A DNA stretch of 45,793 nt from Sulfurimonadaceae bacterium (GCA_036171835.1 JAVHRU010000043.1:1-45793), one strand, 5' to 3'. Shown: positions 17,351 through 27,037, counted from the stretch's first letter. The notes: generated by a model from the letters alone, not told the origin. Numbers and translations are program-made.

Positions 17351-18613
17351 TTATAATAAACCTAACAGTGCAATCAAAAGCACAGGTGGCGTGATAACCA
17401 GACCTACTTTCATATATTCACCCCAACCAATTTTGACATTTTTTTGAGCTAGTACATGTAACCATAAAAGTGTTGCAAGTGAACCGATCGGTGTCATTTT
17501 TGGGCCAAGATTTGAGCCCAAAATATTTGCATATACAAGTGCTTCATGTCCTGCGTAACCCACGTGAGCGATGGAGATATCCATCAGCATAATAGTTGGC
17601 ATATTGTTCATCACAGAACTTATAATCGCTGATAAAAATCCTGTTCCTATGATAGCTGCCATATCACCCTGCTCTAAAAGTGCTTTGATCCAAGAAGCTA
17701 TCACATCACTGATGCCGGCATTTTTCAGTCCGTAAACGACGACATACAGCCCGATAGAAAACCATACTATCTGCCAAGGTGCGGCGCGGATCGTCATAAA
17801 AGGTTTGACTGCTTTATAGTGGTTTGCAATAAGTAAAAAGAGAATCGCTCCGCCTAGGGCAAAAAGTGAAACCGGTAGATGGTATCTGTCTCCTAGAAAA
17901 TATCCCACCATCAAAAATCCTAAAAAGAACCATGAGATGCGAAACATCGGCATACTTTTGATGACTGAGCGAGGTTGTGCTAGTACAGAGATATCGATGT
18001 AAGTAGGAATATCTTTTCTAAAATAGACCCATAAAACAATGATAGAAGCGATGATGCTAAGTAGATTCGGCAAAAACATATGGGTAGCATATTCGCTAAA
18101 ACCTATATGAAAATATCCCGCTGTTACGATGTTTGTAAGATTTGAGATCACTAAAGGATTGGACGCACTGTCTCCGATAAATCCACCCGCCATCAAAAAT
18201 GCAAATACTGCAAGAGGTTTGAGTTTGAGATGTTTTATCTTTGCCAAGACGATAGGTGTAAGAATAAGTGCCGCTCCATCATTGGCAAAAAATGCCGCTA
18301 CGAGGGCTCCAAGAAGAAGGATATAGACAAACATTAAATGCCCATTTCCACGGCTTAGTCTTGCCATCTTGAGTGCGGCATATTCAAAAAAACCAATCTC
18401 ATCAAGTACCATAGAAAGAAGAATAATCCCGATAAATGAGAGTGTTGCATCCCAGACAATACCTGTTACAGTAATAACATCGCTAAAACTCACTATTCCA
18501 AGGACAAGACTTACGAAAGCGCCAACAACCGCTGTCGTACCAATCTGAAGCCCTTTAGGCTGCCAGATAATAAAAAACAGGGTGATAAAAAAAATAGAAC
18601 TTGCTAAGAGCAT
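17351..18613 (-). CDS. arsB: arsenite efflux transporter ArsB
   Basis: IIWQPKGL, LDEIGFFE, FFANDGAALILTP, SNLTNI, MNNMP and GPKMTPIGSLATLLWLHVL. Confidence 0.95.
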   Translation of the reverse strand: MLLASSIFFITLFFIIWQPKGLQIGTTAVVGAFVSLVLGIVSFSDVITVTGIVWDATLSFIGIILLSMVLDEIGFFEYAALKMARLSRGNGHLMFVYILLLGALVAAFFANDGAALILTPIVLAKIKHLKLKPLAVFAFLMAGGFIGDSASNPLVISNLTNIVTAGYFHIGFSEYATHMFLPNLLSIIASIIVLWVYFRKDIPTYIDISVLAQPRSVIKSMPMFRISWFFLGFLMVGYFLGDRYHLPVSLFALGGAILFLLIANHYKAVKPFMTIRAAPWQIVWFSIGLYVVVYGLKNAGISDVIASWIKALLEQGDMAAIIGTGFLSAIISSVMNNMPTIMLMDISIAHVGYAGHEALVYANILGSNLGPKMTPIGSLATLLWLHVLAQKNVKIGWGEYMKVGLVITPPVLLIALLGLL

Positions 18614-18870
18614 TAGCTATTGATCACTTTTGATTTTGCAAGTGCTTCTTCGATCTCTTCTTTTAAAATATCTCCACTGAGAGTAAGATTGACATCGCCA
18701 TCTTCTCCGCTTATCTGGATATCTTTTATTTTCTCTTTCGTTGCATCACTCATACATTCGCATCCGCCGCTTTGGCAGTTTTGCACCATTGAGACAATAT
18801 TCGCTTTTTTAACTTCACCCAAAAATGATATTTTCACGCCATTTGTTGTTTTACTTACTTCTTTTTGCAT
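18613..18870 (-). CDS. small Cys-rich protein (85 aa) coupled to arsB
   Basis: ATG at 18870 with an AAGGA RBS, TAATG overlap with arsB, and the motif CQSGGCECMS. Confidence 0.75.
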   Translation of the reverse strand: MQKEVSKTTNGVKISFLGEVKKANIVSMVQNCQSGGCECMSDATKEKIKDIQISGEDGDVNLTLSGDILKEEIEEALAKSKVINS

Positions 18871-18911
18871 CTTCAATCCTTTATATGTGAACGAACTATA
18901 GCATAGTTTTC

Positions 18912-18943
18912 TTATATAAATCAATATATCTTGATATATAAAA
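18912..18943. promoter_or_regulatory. putative ArsR operator between divergent promoters
   Basis: ATCAA-TATATC-TTGAT (18920-18935) with further imperfect symmetry. It lies between TGCTATAGT on the minus strand (near 18895-18903) and TATAAT at 18951-18956 on the plus strand. Confidence 0.75.
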
Positions 18944-18963
18944 ATTACGTTATAATCCTCCTT

Positions 18964-19293
18964 ATGGAAATATTTTTAAAAACAGTATCGGCACTCAATG
19001 ACCAAACACGTGTCAAGCTTTTACGCTTTATCGATGAAAACGGTTCGATGTGTGTCTGCGACCTACAAGAATCCTTTGGAATGATCCAATCACGTCTCTC
19101 TCGCCACCTGAAAATACTTAAAGATGCAGGATTTCTAAGAGTCGATAGACAGGGCACATGGGCATATTATTCTATTAGAGCACCTTTGGACAGATTTCGC
19201 ATTCAAGCCCTTGATGAGATCAAAACACTCAAAATATCACTTCCGGAATTTAAAAAATGTTCATCAAATAGTGAAGGATGTAAAATAAAATGA
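18964..19293 (+). CDS. arsR: ArsR/SmtB-family transcriptional repressor
   Basis: ALNDQTRVKLL, MCVCDL metal-binding motif, QSRLSRHLKILK, and RQGTWAYY. Start moved to the ATG at 18964. Confidence 0.92.
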   Translation: MEIFLKTVSALNDQTRVKLLRFIDENGSMCVCDLQESFGMIQSRLSRHLKILKDAGFLRVDRQGTWAYYSIRAPLDRFRIQALDEIKTLKISLPEFKKCSSNSEGCKIK

Positions 19294-20126
19294 AGACAAA
19301 AATAAAAGAATTAGCATATGACCTCAAACTTATGTTAGAGGGATTTATAGATAAGGAACTCACCCTTTTTGCCGCAAGCCTCAGCTTTTACACCATCTTT
19401 ACTATCATCCCTCTTTTGATGATCGTCATGGCTCTCATCACCTCACTTCCAAACTTTAGCGATCATTATGAGATGATTAAAACATTTATCTTCTCAAATC
19501 TTATGCCTGTAAATTCTGGGGCAATGATGGGTTATATCGACGGCTTTTTACAAAACTCTGTAAAGATGGGTGTTATCGGTTTTGCGAGTGTTATCGTCGC
19601 TTCTTTGCTCTTTTTTCAGAATTTCGAATATATCATCAACCGTATTTTTCATGCAGAGAAAAGAACTATTTGGGAATCTGTCACAACCTATTGGACACTT
19701 ATTACCCTTACGCCCATCGCACTTGGTGTCTCTTTTTATATCTCCACTGAACTTGCCCTTATCGTCAATGAAAGTGGCTTATCTGGCTGGATAAATATCA
19801 TCAAAATCTTTCCTTATATCATCGTTTGGGCGCTCTTTTTTCTTATCTATCAGATCGCCGCAAATGTCAAAATAGAGCCAAAAGCCTCACTCATCGCTTC
19901 ATTTATAACTTCTTCAATATTTTCAATCGCTAAATCATCTTTTATTTATTACGTCATTTACAATAAAAGTTATTCTACTATTTACGGCTCTTTTGCTATG
20001 GTGATTTTTATCTTTTTTTGGATCTATATATCATGGATTATCTTTATTTATGGGATGAAATTATGCTATATTTTGCATCGCATATATGAAGATCGTCGTG
20101 CTCTCAAACACAAGGATATAAAATAA
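19290..20126 (+). CDS. YihY/BrkB-family inner membrane protein
   Basis: AASLSFYTIFTIIPL and YSTIYGSFA...FFWIYISWIIFIYG. Confidence 0.9.
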   Translation: MKTKIKELAYDLKLMLEGFIDKELTLFAASLSFYTIFTIIPLLMIVMALITSLPNFSDHYEMIKTFIFSNLMPVNSGAMMGYIDGFLQNSVKMGVIGFASVIVASLLFFQNFEYIINRIFHAEKRTIWESVTTYWTLITLTPIALGVSFYISTELALIVNESGLSGWINIIKIFPYIIVWALFFLIYQIAANVKIEPKASLIASFITSSIFSIAKSSFIYYVIYNKSYSTIYGSFAMVIFIFFWIYISWIIFIYGMKLCYILHRIYEDRRALKHKDIK

Positions 20127-21314
20127 GCTCTTCCACTTTATAGCCAAAAGCGACAAAACTACGTGAAAATAAAAGATAAAACTACTTACATGTAAGCTGT
20201 TTGTCACCTCGCCAAGTGAAAGGAGTTTCACTAACCACACATCAAAAACTCCTCCAAAACCGCTTACATGTAAGAGAATGCTGAGCGGATAAAAGATGCT
20301 AAAAAGTGCACTCCAAAGGATAGAGAGCGGATGTGAGAGAGAAAATATTCCGAAGATGTAAAGCGAAAACGGCAACATCGCAAGATACACAAATATGGAA
20401 AGAAGAACAAAAATAACGAATTTATTGATTCTACTAAAATGGTGTAAAAAAAGAAAAATATAAAAGACTCCAGAAGCCGAGAGCCAAAACGCAAGCGAAA
20501 AAAGCAATCTTGGAAAAAGTGCAACGAGTAGTAAAAGAGTCAAAAAAAGTGTCTGCATCGAGATAATCTTTAAGCCTCGATCATAGAGAAAATATCCAAC
20601 GACTAGCATTCCAAAAGAGCGGATCAGCGAGGGTGTAAAATCCAAAAACCAGACATAGGCAAATAAAAAAATTGCGACAACAAAAAAAAGATCGCGATTG
20701 GCATGTCTATATGGAAAAAATCTTCCAGCAATCGGTCTATAAATCCAGCCAAAAAGAAAAAAGAGAACTCCGCTAAGAACTCCTAAATGAAATCCGCTAA
20801 TAGCCATCAAATGACTTACGCCAAGAGATGAAAGTTTTTGACGCAGTTGTAAGTCTTGCGGTCCAGCTGTGTAAAGTGCTTTGTAGATGGTGGCTATATC
20901 TTTATTTTTGTGCTGAGATGCTATGGATGCATTGAGTTTTGCTTTAAAACTCTCTTCATTTTTAACTTGAAAATCTTTACTTTTGGCATAAAATCCTTTG
21001 AGATAGCCAAGAAAATCAAGTCGGCTCAGATCAAATTCTGCTCGTATAGTTTTTTCCATCACCTCGCCAATTTTAAGCCCTTTTGCAGTGTAGATGTTCA
21101 CTTCTCCACAATCAAGTTTGAGCATATAATAATTAGCAAAGCCACTTTTTTCATATTGGTTTAAAACCTTACATGTAAGCGTTACATTTTCTTGTGAGGC
21201 AAACTTTTTATAGGAAAAATATTCAAATGAAAGTGAAAAAAGAAAGATTAAAAAGAAACCAAGCAGAGCATAAAAAAAATCACGTCCTCGAAAAAGTTCT
21301 GGACGTGCTATCAT
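20061..21314 (-). CDS. comEC: ComEC/Rec2 competence DNA-uptake channel (no beta-lactamase domain)
   Basis: LGVSHLMAISGFHLG, TPSLIRS and FWLSASGVFYIF. Lies downstream of dnaB, as in Helicobacter. Confidence 0.92.
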   Translation of the reverse strand: MIARPELFRGRDFFYALLGFFLIFLFSLSFEYFSYKKFASQENVTLTCKVLNQYEKSGFANYYMLKLDCGEVNIYTAKGLKIGEVMEKTIRAEFDLSRLDFLGYLKGFYAKSKDFQVKNEESFKAKLNASIASQHKNKDIATIYKALYTAGPQDLQLRQKLSSLGVSHLMAISGFHLGVLSGVLFFLFGWIYRPIAGRFFPYRHANRDLFFVVAIFLFAYVWFLDFTPSLIRSFGMLVVGYFLYDRGLKIISMQTLFLTLLLLVALFPRLLFSLAFWLSASGVFYIFLFLHHFSRINKFVIFVLLSIFVYLAMLPFSLYIFGIFSLSHPLSILWSALFSIFYPLSILLHVSGFGGVFDVWLVKLLSLGEVTNSLHVSSFIFYFHVVLSLLAIKWKSLFYILVFESTTIFIYAMQNIA

Positions 21315-21317
21315 AGT

Positions 21318-22772
21318 TTAAAGAATGGACATCGATATGGAGTCATTACCTACATCAACACTCGCTGAACGTGTATCGATATTTTCATAGACAGTCTCTA
21401 TCCCGCGCGCAAAAGATGGAGCATCCACAAAGCGGGTGAGTTTTTTCTGGAACACGAGCTTCACGTGTCCTGTCGGACCATTACGCTGTTTACCGATGAT
21501 GATCTCAGCTTCCTCTTCCTCTTTTTCGACAAACGAACCTTTATACTCTTTGCCCTCAGCTTTAGCGGCTTTTTCGCGCTCTTTTTCCTCTTTGTAAAGA
21601 TACACATCATCACGGTAAACAAAGAGAATGATATCCGCATCCTGCTCGATAGAACCCGATTCACGGATATCGCTGAGCATTGGACGTTTGTCATTTCTTG
21701 ACTCTAACCCACGGTTGAGCTGAGAAAGAGCGATGATAGGAATGCCAAGTTCACGCGCAAGCATCTTCAAACCACGAGAAATCTCACTAACTTCCAAGTG
21801 ACGATCTTTCCCACCAGTTCCGCCCATGATCTGCAAGTAGTCAATAACTGCTACTTCGATCTCTGGATGCTGATTTTTCAGCTTTCGGAGTTTCGAGCGG
21901 AGTTGGTTGATATTGAGAGAACCTTGATCATCAACGAAAAGTTTTGCTCGATTCATCTTATCTATCGCACCTGTAAGTCTGCTCCATTCATCATCATTCA
22001 AATCCCCTACACGCAATTTTTGCAAGAAGATTGATGTTTGGATACTCAGGAGTCTAAGCATCAACTGTTCAGCCGGCATCTCAAGTGAAAAGAACGCGAC
22101 ACCTTTTCCTTTTACAATTAAGTTATTGACCGTATTTAAGACAAAAGAGGTTTTCCCCATCGCAGGCCTAGCCGCAATGATGACTAAATCCCCTTTTCCA
22201 AAACCTGTCGTCATCTCGTTTAACTTATCAAATCCCGTATCCACACCAACGAGCTTGGTGTTTCCGCGCGCTTTCATCTCTTTGATATATTCCATCGTGT
22301 CAAAAGTCACGGTTGGCGAGTCTTTAAAGTCGCTTGATTGCGAGTTTTGCGTGATCTGATAGAGTTTTTTCTCCACCATATCCACTACATCTTCACTCGG
22401 CAAATCCTCTTCCAAAGTTACACGTTTTATCTCAGTTGTGAGTGTTAAAAGGTGGCGTTTAAGTGATTTGTCTTTAAGCACATCTACATAAGCTTTGATA
22501 TTTGCAATAGGGTTTGCAGAGAGGATATCAAGCATAACACTCTCATCAAATTTCTTCGCACGTGAGAGCTCTTTTTTGATAAACTCTTCATCAATCGGCT
22601 CATTTTTTTGTGTTAAAGAGAGCATCGATTTAAAAATATCCTGATGCGCTGGAAGATAAAAATCATCAAATTTTAAAATCGAAGAAAGGTCATCAAACTG
22701 TTTTGGATCAAAAACTATGGAGCTCAGAACCGATTTTTCAAAAGTGAGATTATAAAGATTATTTTCCGTCAT
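21318..22772 (-). CDS. dnaB: replicative DNA helicase
   Basis: [35 protein letters not shown] and KQRNGPTG. Confidence 0.97.
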   Translation of the reverse strand: MTENNLYNLTFEKSVLSSIVFDPKQFDDLSSILKFDDFYLPAHQDIFKSMLSLTQKNEPIDEEFIKKELSRAKKFDESVMLDILSANPIANIKAYVDVLKDKSLKRHLLTLTTEIKRVTLEEDLPSEDVVDMVEKKLYQITQNSQSSDFKDSPTVTFDTMEYIKEMKARGNTKLVGVDTGFDKLNEMTTGFGKGDLVIIAARPAMGKTSFVLNTVNNLIVKGKGVAFFSLEMPAEQLMLRLLSIQTSIFLQKLRVGDLNDDEWSRLTGAIDKMNRAKLFVDDQGSLNINQLRSKLRKLKNQHPEIEVAVIDYLQIMGGTGGKDRHLEVSEISRGLKMLARELGIPIIALSQLNRGLESRNDKRPMLSDIRESGSIEQDADIILFVYRDDVYLYKEEKEREKAAKAEGKEYKGSFVEKEEEEAEIIIGKQRNGPTGHVKLVFQKKLTRFVDAPSFARGIETVYENIDTRSASVDVGNDSISMSIL

Positions 22773-23823
22773 TTTCTGCCATCTTTTCTATTTCACTTAT
22801 AAATCTGTCTACAAGTTCATGCTCATCAAGGTTTGCTACGACTTCGCCTTTGACCATCACAAGCCCTTTACCTTTTCCATAAGCGATCGCCACATCTGCA
22901 TGTTGCGCTTCGCCGATGGCATTGACCACACAGCCCATTACTGAGACATTAAGAGGTGTTTTTATATGCGCCGTTCGTCGTTCTATCTCACTCACAGCAG
23001 TCACAAGATCAGCCTCTATACGCCCACAAGTAGGACAAGAGATGATGTTAAGTCCATCAGGCGCCGCACCGCTGTCTTTTAAAATCGCGCGTCCAACTTT
23101 TATCTCTTCCTCTAGTTCTCCCGTAATGGAAACACGCATAGTATCGCCAATACCATCAAGCAAAAGTGCACCCAAACCGATGGCACTCTTCACTGTCGCA
23201 TGAAAGATAGTTCCAGCTTCCGTAACACCCAAATGAAACGGATAATGGTTTTTTGGACGGAGCATTCTATACGCATCCACTGTTCTTTGCACGTCACTGG
23301 CTTTGAGAGAGATCTTGATATCATCAAATCCAAGGTCTTCTAAAAATTTGATGTTGTACTCAGCAGAAGCCACCATAGCCTCAGCAGTGGGACCATATTT
23401 ATTGTCAAACTCTTTTTCCAAACTTCCTGCATTCACACCGATGCGTATAGGAAGATTACGCTCTTGACACGCTTTTACAACTTCACGAACTTTATCTTTT
23501 GAGCCGATATTTCCTGGATTGATACGGATACAATCCACCACCTCAGCCGCAATGAGAGCGAGTTTGTGATTAAAGTGAATATCTGCGATTAACGGCAAAG
23601 AGATACGCTCTTTTATCGCTTTAAGAGCGAGCGCATCTTCCATATCAGGAACTGCAATACGCACGATATCACAACCTGCAAAATGCAAACGATTGATCTG
23701 CTCAACAGTCGCTTCAACATCACGAGTATTTGAGTAAGTCATCGACTGCACGCTTATAGGTGCATCCCCACCGACGGCTACATTTCCAACATAAATTTTT
23801 TTAGTTTCGTATCTTTTTATCAT
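22759..23823 (-). CDS. ispG: HMB-PP synthase
   Basis: [24 protein letters not shown] and GCVVN. Start moved to the ATG at 23823 (MIKRYETK). Confidence 0.97.
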   Translation of the reverse strand: MIKRYETKKIYVGNVAVGGDAPISVQSMTYSNTRDVEATVEQINRLHFAGCDIVRIAVPDMEDALALKAIKERISLPLIADIHFNHKLALIAAEVVDCIRINPGNIGSKDKVREVVKACQERNLPIRIGVNAGSLEKEFDNKYGPTAEAMVASAEYNIKFLEDLGFDDIKISLKASDVQRTVDAYRMLRPKNHYPFHLGVTEAGTIFHATVKSAIGLGALLLDGIGDTMRVSITGELEEEIKVGRAILKDSGAAPDGLNIISCPTCGRIEADLVTAVSEIERRTAHIKTPLNVSVMGCVVNAIGEAQHADVAIAYGKGKGLVMVKGEVVANLDEHELVDRFISEIEKMAENDGK

Positions 23824-23895
23824 AAGAAGGATGATATCTTTTTTGGGATAAAAAACTGCTTTTGCTTTTTTGAAAACAGTAATGTAAAGTTTTTT

Positions 23896-24058
23896 TTGGA
23901 TTTTAGCTTTTTTGACCAAGTGGAGTCGTAAAGAAAATGCAACTGTTTGAACGAAGTGAGTTTTGCATTTTTAGACGAAGCAACCGAAATAAAGCGTTAA
24001 GAAATCCAACTGCTGACACGAGCTTTTTTTGTATACTTTTTTGCGGAAAAAAAAGTAT
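23896..24058. repeat. structured intergenic palindromic element (long imperfect hairpin plus terminator-like hairpin)
   Basis: Nested pairs TTGGATTT/AAATCCAA, TCGT/ACGA and AAAATGCAA/TTGCATTTT, then ATACTTTTTT-N6-AAAAAAGTAT (24033-24058). Confidence 0.6.
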
Positions 24059-24125
24059 GAGAGAGGTCTTATAAGAAAAAATCACATTGAAAGTATTTTC
24101 AAAGCATTACATGTAAGAAAAAATA

Positions 24126-25985
24126 TTACGAAAACTCTATCGGATCCATATCAATTTGAGAAAGAGATGTCTTACATGTAAGCAAAGCTTTAATGAGATC
24201 GGTACTTTTATCAGCTCGTAAAAGTACCATAAAACGGTACTTATCTGCAATTTTTTCTATAGCAGATGGTCCAAAACCAATGACTTTTACAGTGCTGAAA
24301 GATTTTAATTTTTCTACCATTGCATTCATCTCATCTTGCGCTTTGATCCCATTTTTGTGAGCAAATAAAACTCTAGCAAGCTTTTTAAAAGGTGGATAAA
24401 AACCTCGGCGAAACTCCAACTCATCTTTTAAAAATCTTTCGTAGTCATCTATATAAGCCTCAAAAAATTCACGATTAAAAGTCTGCACAATTACTTTTGC
24501 CTCTTTTTTACGTCCACTTCGTCCTGCTATTTGCACAAGTGAGGAAAGTGCTTTTTCTCTGGCTCTGTAATCGCTCATGTTGAGCATATTGTCTAGTCCC
24601 AACACAACTGCCAAGGTTACATCGTGATAATCGTGTCCTTTAGAGAGCATCTGCGTTCCCACAAGCACATCTATTTCTTTGTCGTTAAAACGTTTAAGCG
24701 TCTTGATCAGTTTATTTTGCGTGGTTATCACATCCCGGTCAAACTGTTCTACATGCAAAGTGCCCTCTGGGTATAAGGATTGATGATTTTCTTGTAAGTG
24801 TTTTACAGCCTCAGCTGTTCCGAGTCTGGCACTTTTAAGTGCGGGCTCTTTACACTCTGGACACACTTGTGGAATCTGTGTTGCGAAGTTACAATAGTGG
24901 CATTTGAGCGTTTTAGTTTTTTGATGCACGCTCATGCCGACACTACAATATGGACAGAGATATTTATGCCCGCAACTTGAGCAGATAAGGTATTTAAAGT
25001 TCGCGCGCGTTGGAATAAATACGATGCTTTGTTCATTTTTTTGTTTCGTTTTTATGATCTCGTTTTCTATCAACGGCGTTATCGCTTCGAGCGAAGTTTG
25101 ATAGATATACTCTTTATTGGACTCAAAATATCCGCCTTTAAGGCGAAAAGAGGGAAACTTTGCATAGCTCGTAAGTGAAGGTGTCGCACTTCCTAAAACT
25201 ACTTTTGCGTTATATAATTTTCCCATGTAGATCGCCATATCACGGGCATTGTATCGCGGTTTACTCGATGATTTGTAGCTGTCGTCATGCTCTTCATCGA
25301 CAACTATCAAACCGATATCATGCAAAGGAACAAAAAGCGCTGACCTTGCACCTGCTACGACATCTACACTTCCATCTCTTATGCGTTTTAAAATCTTCTC
25401 TTTTTGGATTTTTGTGATTTTTGAGTGCCACATCACGACACGCTCACCAAAATGAGCGCTAAGTCTTTGCTCCATTTGCGGAGTAAGCGAGATTTCTGGC
25501 ATCAAAAAAATCGACCTTTTTCCCTCTTGTATCGCAAGTGAAAAAAGCTTCATATAGATCTCTGTTTTACCGCTTCCTGTATCTCCAAAAAGCAAAGCAA
25601 CATCATTTTTTTGAGTAAATACAACAGCTTCATTTTGTTTACTTGAGAGTTCTATAGTATCTTTAAAATCAACTAAAACATCCTTACATGTAAGGGTTTT
25701 ATCAAAGGGAACAAGTAAAGAAAAAGCCTCGCCGAGTGAGCAGAGATAGTAGTTTGATAAAAAATTTGCGAGTTGTATTTGAGGTTTTGAAAAATAAAGA
25801 TTGCTACCATGCAAGATATCAAGCGTATTAAATTCTGGTTTTTCGCACGAATCTACAACTACCGCTTGAACCGTTTTATTTTGAAGTAGAACCTCTACAT
25901 GGTAGCCATTTTCAAGGTAAAGTTCACTTTGGTAAGTTAAAGGTTGTAATGGAGCGTTTAAAAGAGAAAGCAAGTAATAATTCAT
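24126..25985 (-). CDS. priA: primosomal protein N'
   Basis: GDTGSGKTEIY, PEISLTPQ, DEEHD, SATPS, four CxxC pairs and QIAGRSGR. Confidence 0.96.
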   Translation of the reverse strand: MNYYLLSLLNAPLQPLTYQSELYLENGYHVEVLLQNKTVQAVVVDSCEKPEFNTLDILHGSNLYFSKPQIQLANFLSNYYLCSLGEAFSLLVPFDKTLTCKDVLVDFKDTIELSSKQNEAVVFTQKNDVALLFGDTGSGKTEIYMKLFSLAIQEGKRSIFLMPEISLTPQMEQRLSAHFGERVVMWHSKITKIQKEKILKRIRDGSVDVVAGARSALFVPLHDIGLIVVDEEHDDSYKSSSKPRYNARDMAIYMGKLYNAKVVLGSATPSLTSYAKFPSFRLKGGYFESNKEYIYQTSLEAITPLIENEIIKTKQKNEQSIVFIPTRANFKYLICSSCGHKYLCPYCSVGMSVHQKTKTLKCHYCNFATQIPQVCPECKEPALKSARLGTAEAVKHLQENHQSLYPEGTLHVEQFDRDVITTQNKLIKTLKRFNDKEIDVLVGTQMLSKGHDYHDVTLAVVLGLDNMLNMSDYRAREKALSSLVQIAGRSGRKKEAKVIVQTFNREFFEAYIDDYERFLKDELEFRRGFYPPFKKLARVLFAHKNGIKAQDEMNAMVEKLKSFSTVKVIGFGPSAIEKIADKYRFMVLLRADKSTDLIKALLTCKTSLSQIDMDPIEFS

Positions 25986-26010
25986 AAAAGAATTATACTT
26001 GAAACTGACT

Positions 26011-26478
26011 TTACTTAGTCAGTTTGCTACAGTATGTTCCAGAAGTACAATTAAAAGTCCCATCGAGAATGTTATAGTTAAATACATTTGGAGTCCCAGA
26101 AACGTAATAAGTATATTCATCAGTATTTGTTTTCATCCAACCACCATCAGTTGCTTTTGTCGTAATTCCATAAGTTAAAAGTTTATTTGTGCTTGTACCA
26201 TTGTTATCAAATATAATTGCTCCAGATCCTGGAACCGCTGTTGCATTGCCATCTAAGTGACTAATATAACTACTGTCACCCTTCATAAAACGCTTCTGTC
26301 TTTCAGTAGAGATCGCTGTACGGATCGACATAACATCTGAACGTCCACTTGCAATGACAGCTTGTTCAGAGACACCTGCAAATCTTGGAATAGCAATAGT
26401 AGCAAGAATACCAATAACAATAATAACAAAAATGAGCTCTATCATCGTAAAAGCATTTCGTGAAGTTTTATCTAACAT
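26011..26478 (-). CDS. type IV pilin/pseudopilin-like protein (minor)
   Basis: Class III signal A|FTMIELIFVIIVIGILATIAIP and a C-terminal Cys pair. Start moved to the ATG at 26478. Confidence 0.88.
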   Translation of the reverse strand: MLDKTSRNAFTMIELIFVIIVIGILATIAIPRFAGVSEQAVIASGRSDVMSIRTAISTERQKRFMKGDSSYISHLDGNATAVPGSGAIIFDNNGTSTNKLLTYGITTKATDGGWMKTNTDEYTYYVSGTPNVFNYNILDGTFNCTSGTYCSKLTK

Positions 26479-26517
26479 AGGCAACCTAACAAGTTAAGAT
26501 AGTGGGAGGAGAAAAGT

Positions 26518-26544
26518 ATAACAGTCCCACGAAGGGATTGTTAT
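26518..26544 (-). terminator. stem-loop between the two pilin genes
   Basis: Minus strand reads ATAACAATCCC-TTCGT-GGGACTGTTAT (one mismatch), followed by ACTTTT. Confidence 0.6.
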
Positions 26545-26554
26545 TACACTGAGA

Positions 26555-27037
26555 TTATTTTACTAAAATAGTACCATTTTGATCTTCTAAGAAGAAAAGT
26601 GGAGATGAAGTTGAGTTACCATCAGCACAACCTATGTAATACTGACTTGCGCCAATTGTAGTTGCTTTAGCAAAAGCATTATCAGTACCCAGACTATTAT
26701 TTGTATCTTTAGCACCAATAGCAAACGACGTTGGATAATTCAAAGTACAATTCGCAAGATTAACAGTTCCACCATCTATTTCACTTGGTGCAGTAATTTG
26801 AGAAGTTAACTTAGCAGCTGCATAAGCCGCAACAGAACCATTTTTGTCGGCTGAAATAGACTCAGACCAAAGCGCAGGCGCAACAGTTCTGTTTAACGTA
26901 CCAACATACGCTTTCAATTTACCAACGTGTGCTTGCTCAGAAACACCGATGAATTTCGGCAATGCAACCGCTGATAAAATACCTAAAATAACGATAACGA
27001 AGATCAATTCGATCATTGTAAAACCAGCTCTTTTCAT
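26555..27037 (-). CDS. type IV pilin/pseudopilin-like protein (probable major subunit)
   Basis: MKRAG|FTMIELIFVIVILGILSAVALP, a strong AAGGAG RBS, two Cys, and an Ala/Gly/Ser/Thr-rich head. Confidence 0.9.
   Translation of the reverse strand: MKRAGFTMIELIFVIVILGILSAVALPKFIGVSEQAHVGKLKAYVGTLNRTVAPALWSESISADKNGSVAAYAAAKLTSQITAPSEIDGGTVNLANCTLNYPTSFAIGAKDTNNSLGTDNAFAKATTIGASQYYIGCADGNSTSSPLFFLEDQNGTILVK

Noticed and set aside
23824-24085. N-terminal extension of IspG (TTG at 23919) and the 60-aa ORF 23903-24085
   Set aside because: Both run through low-complexity palindromic intergenic DNA. The conserved IspG start is at 23823.
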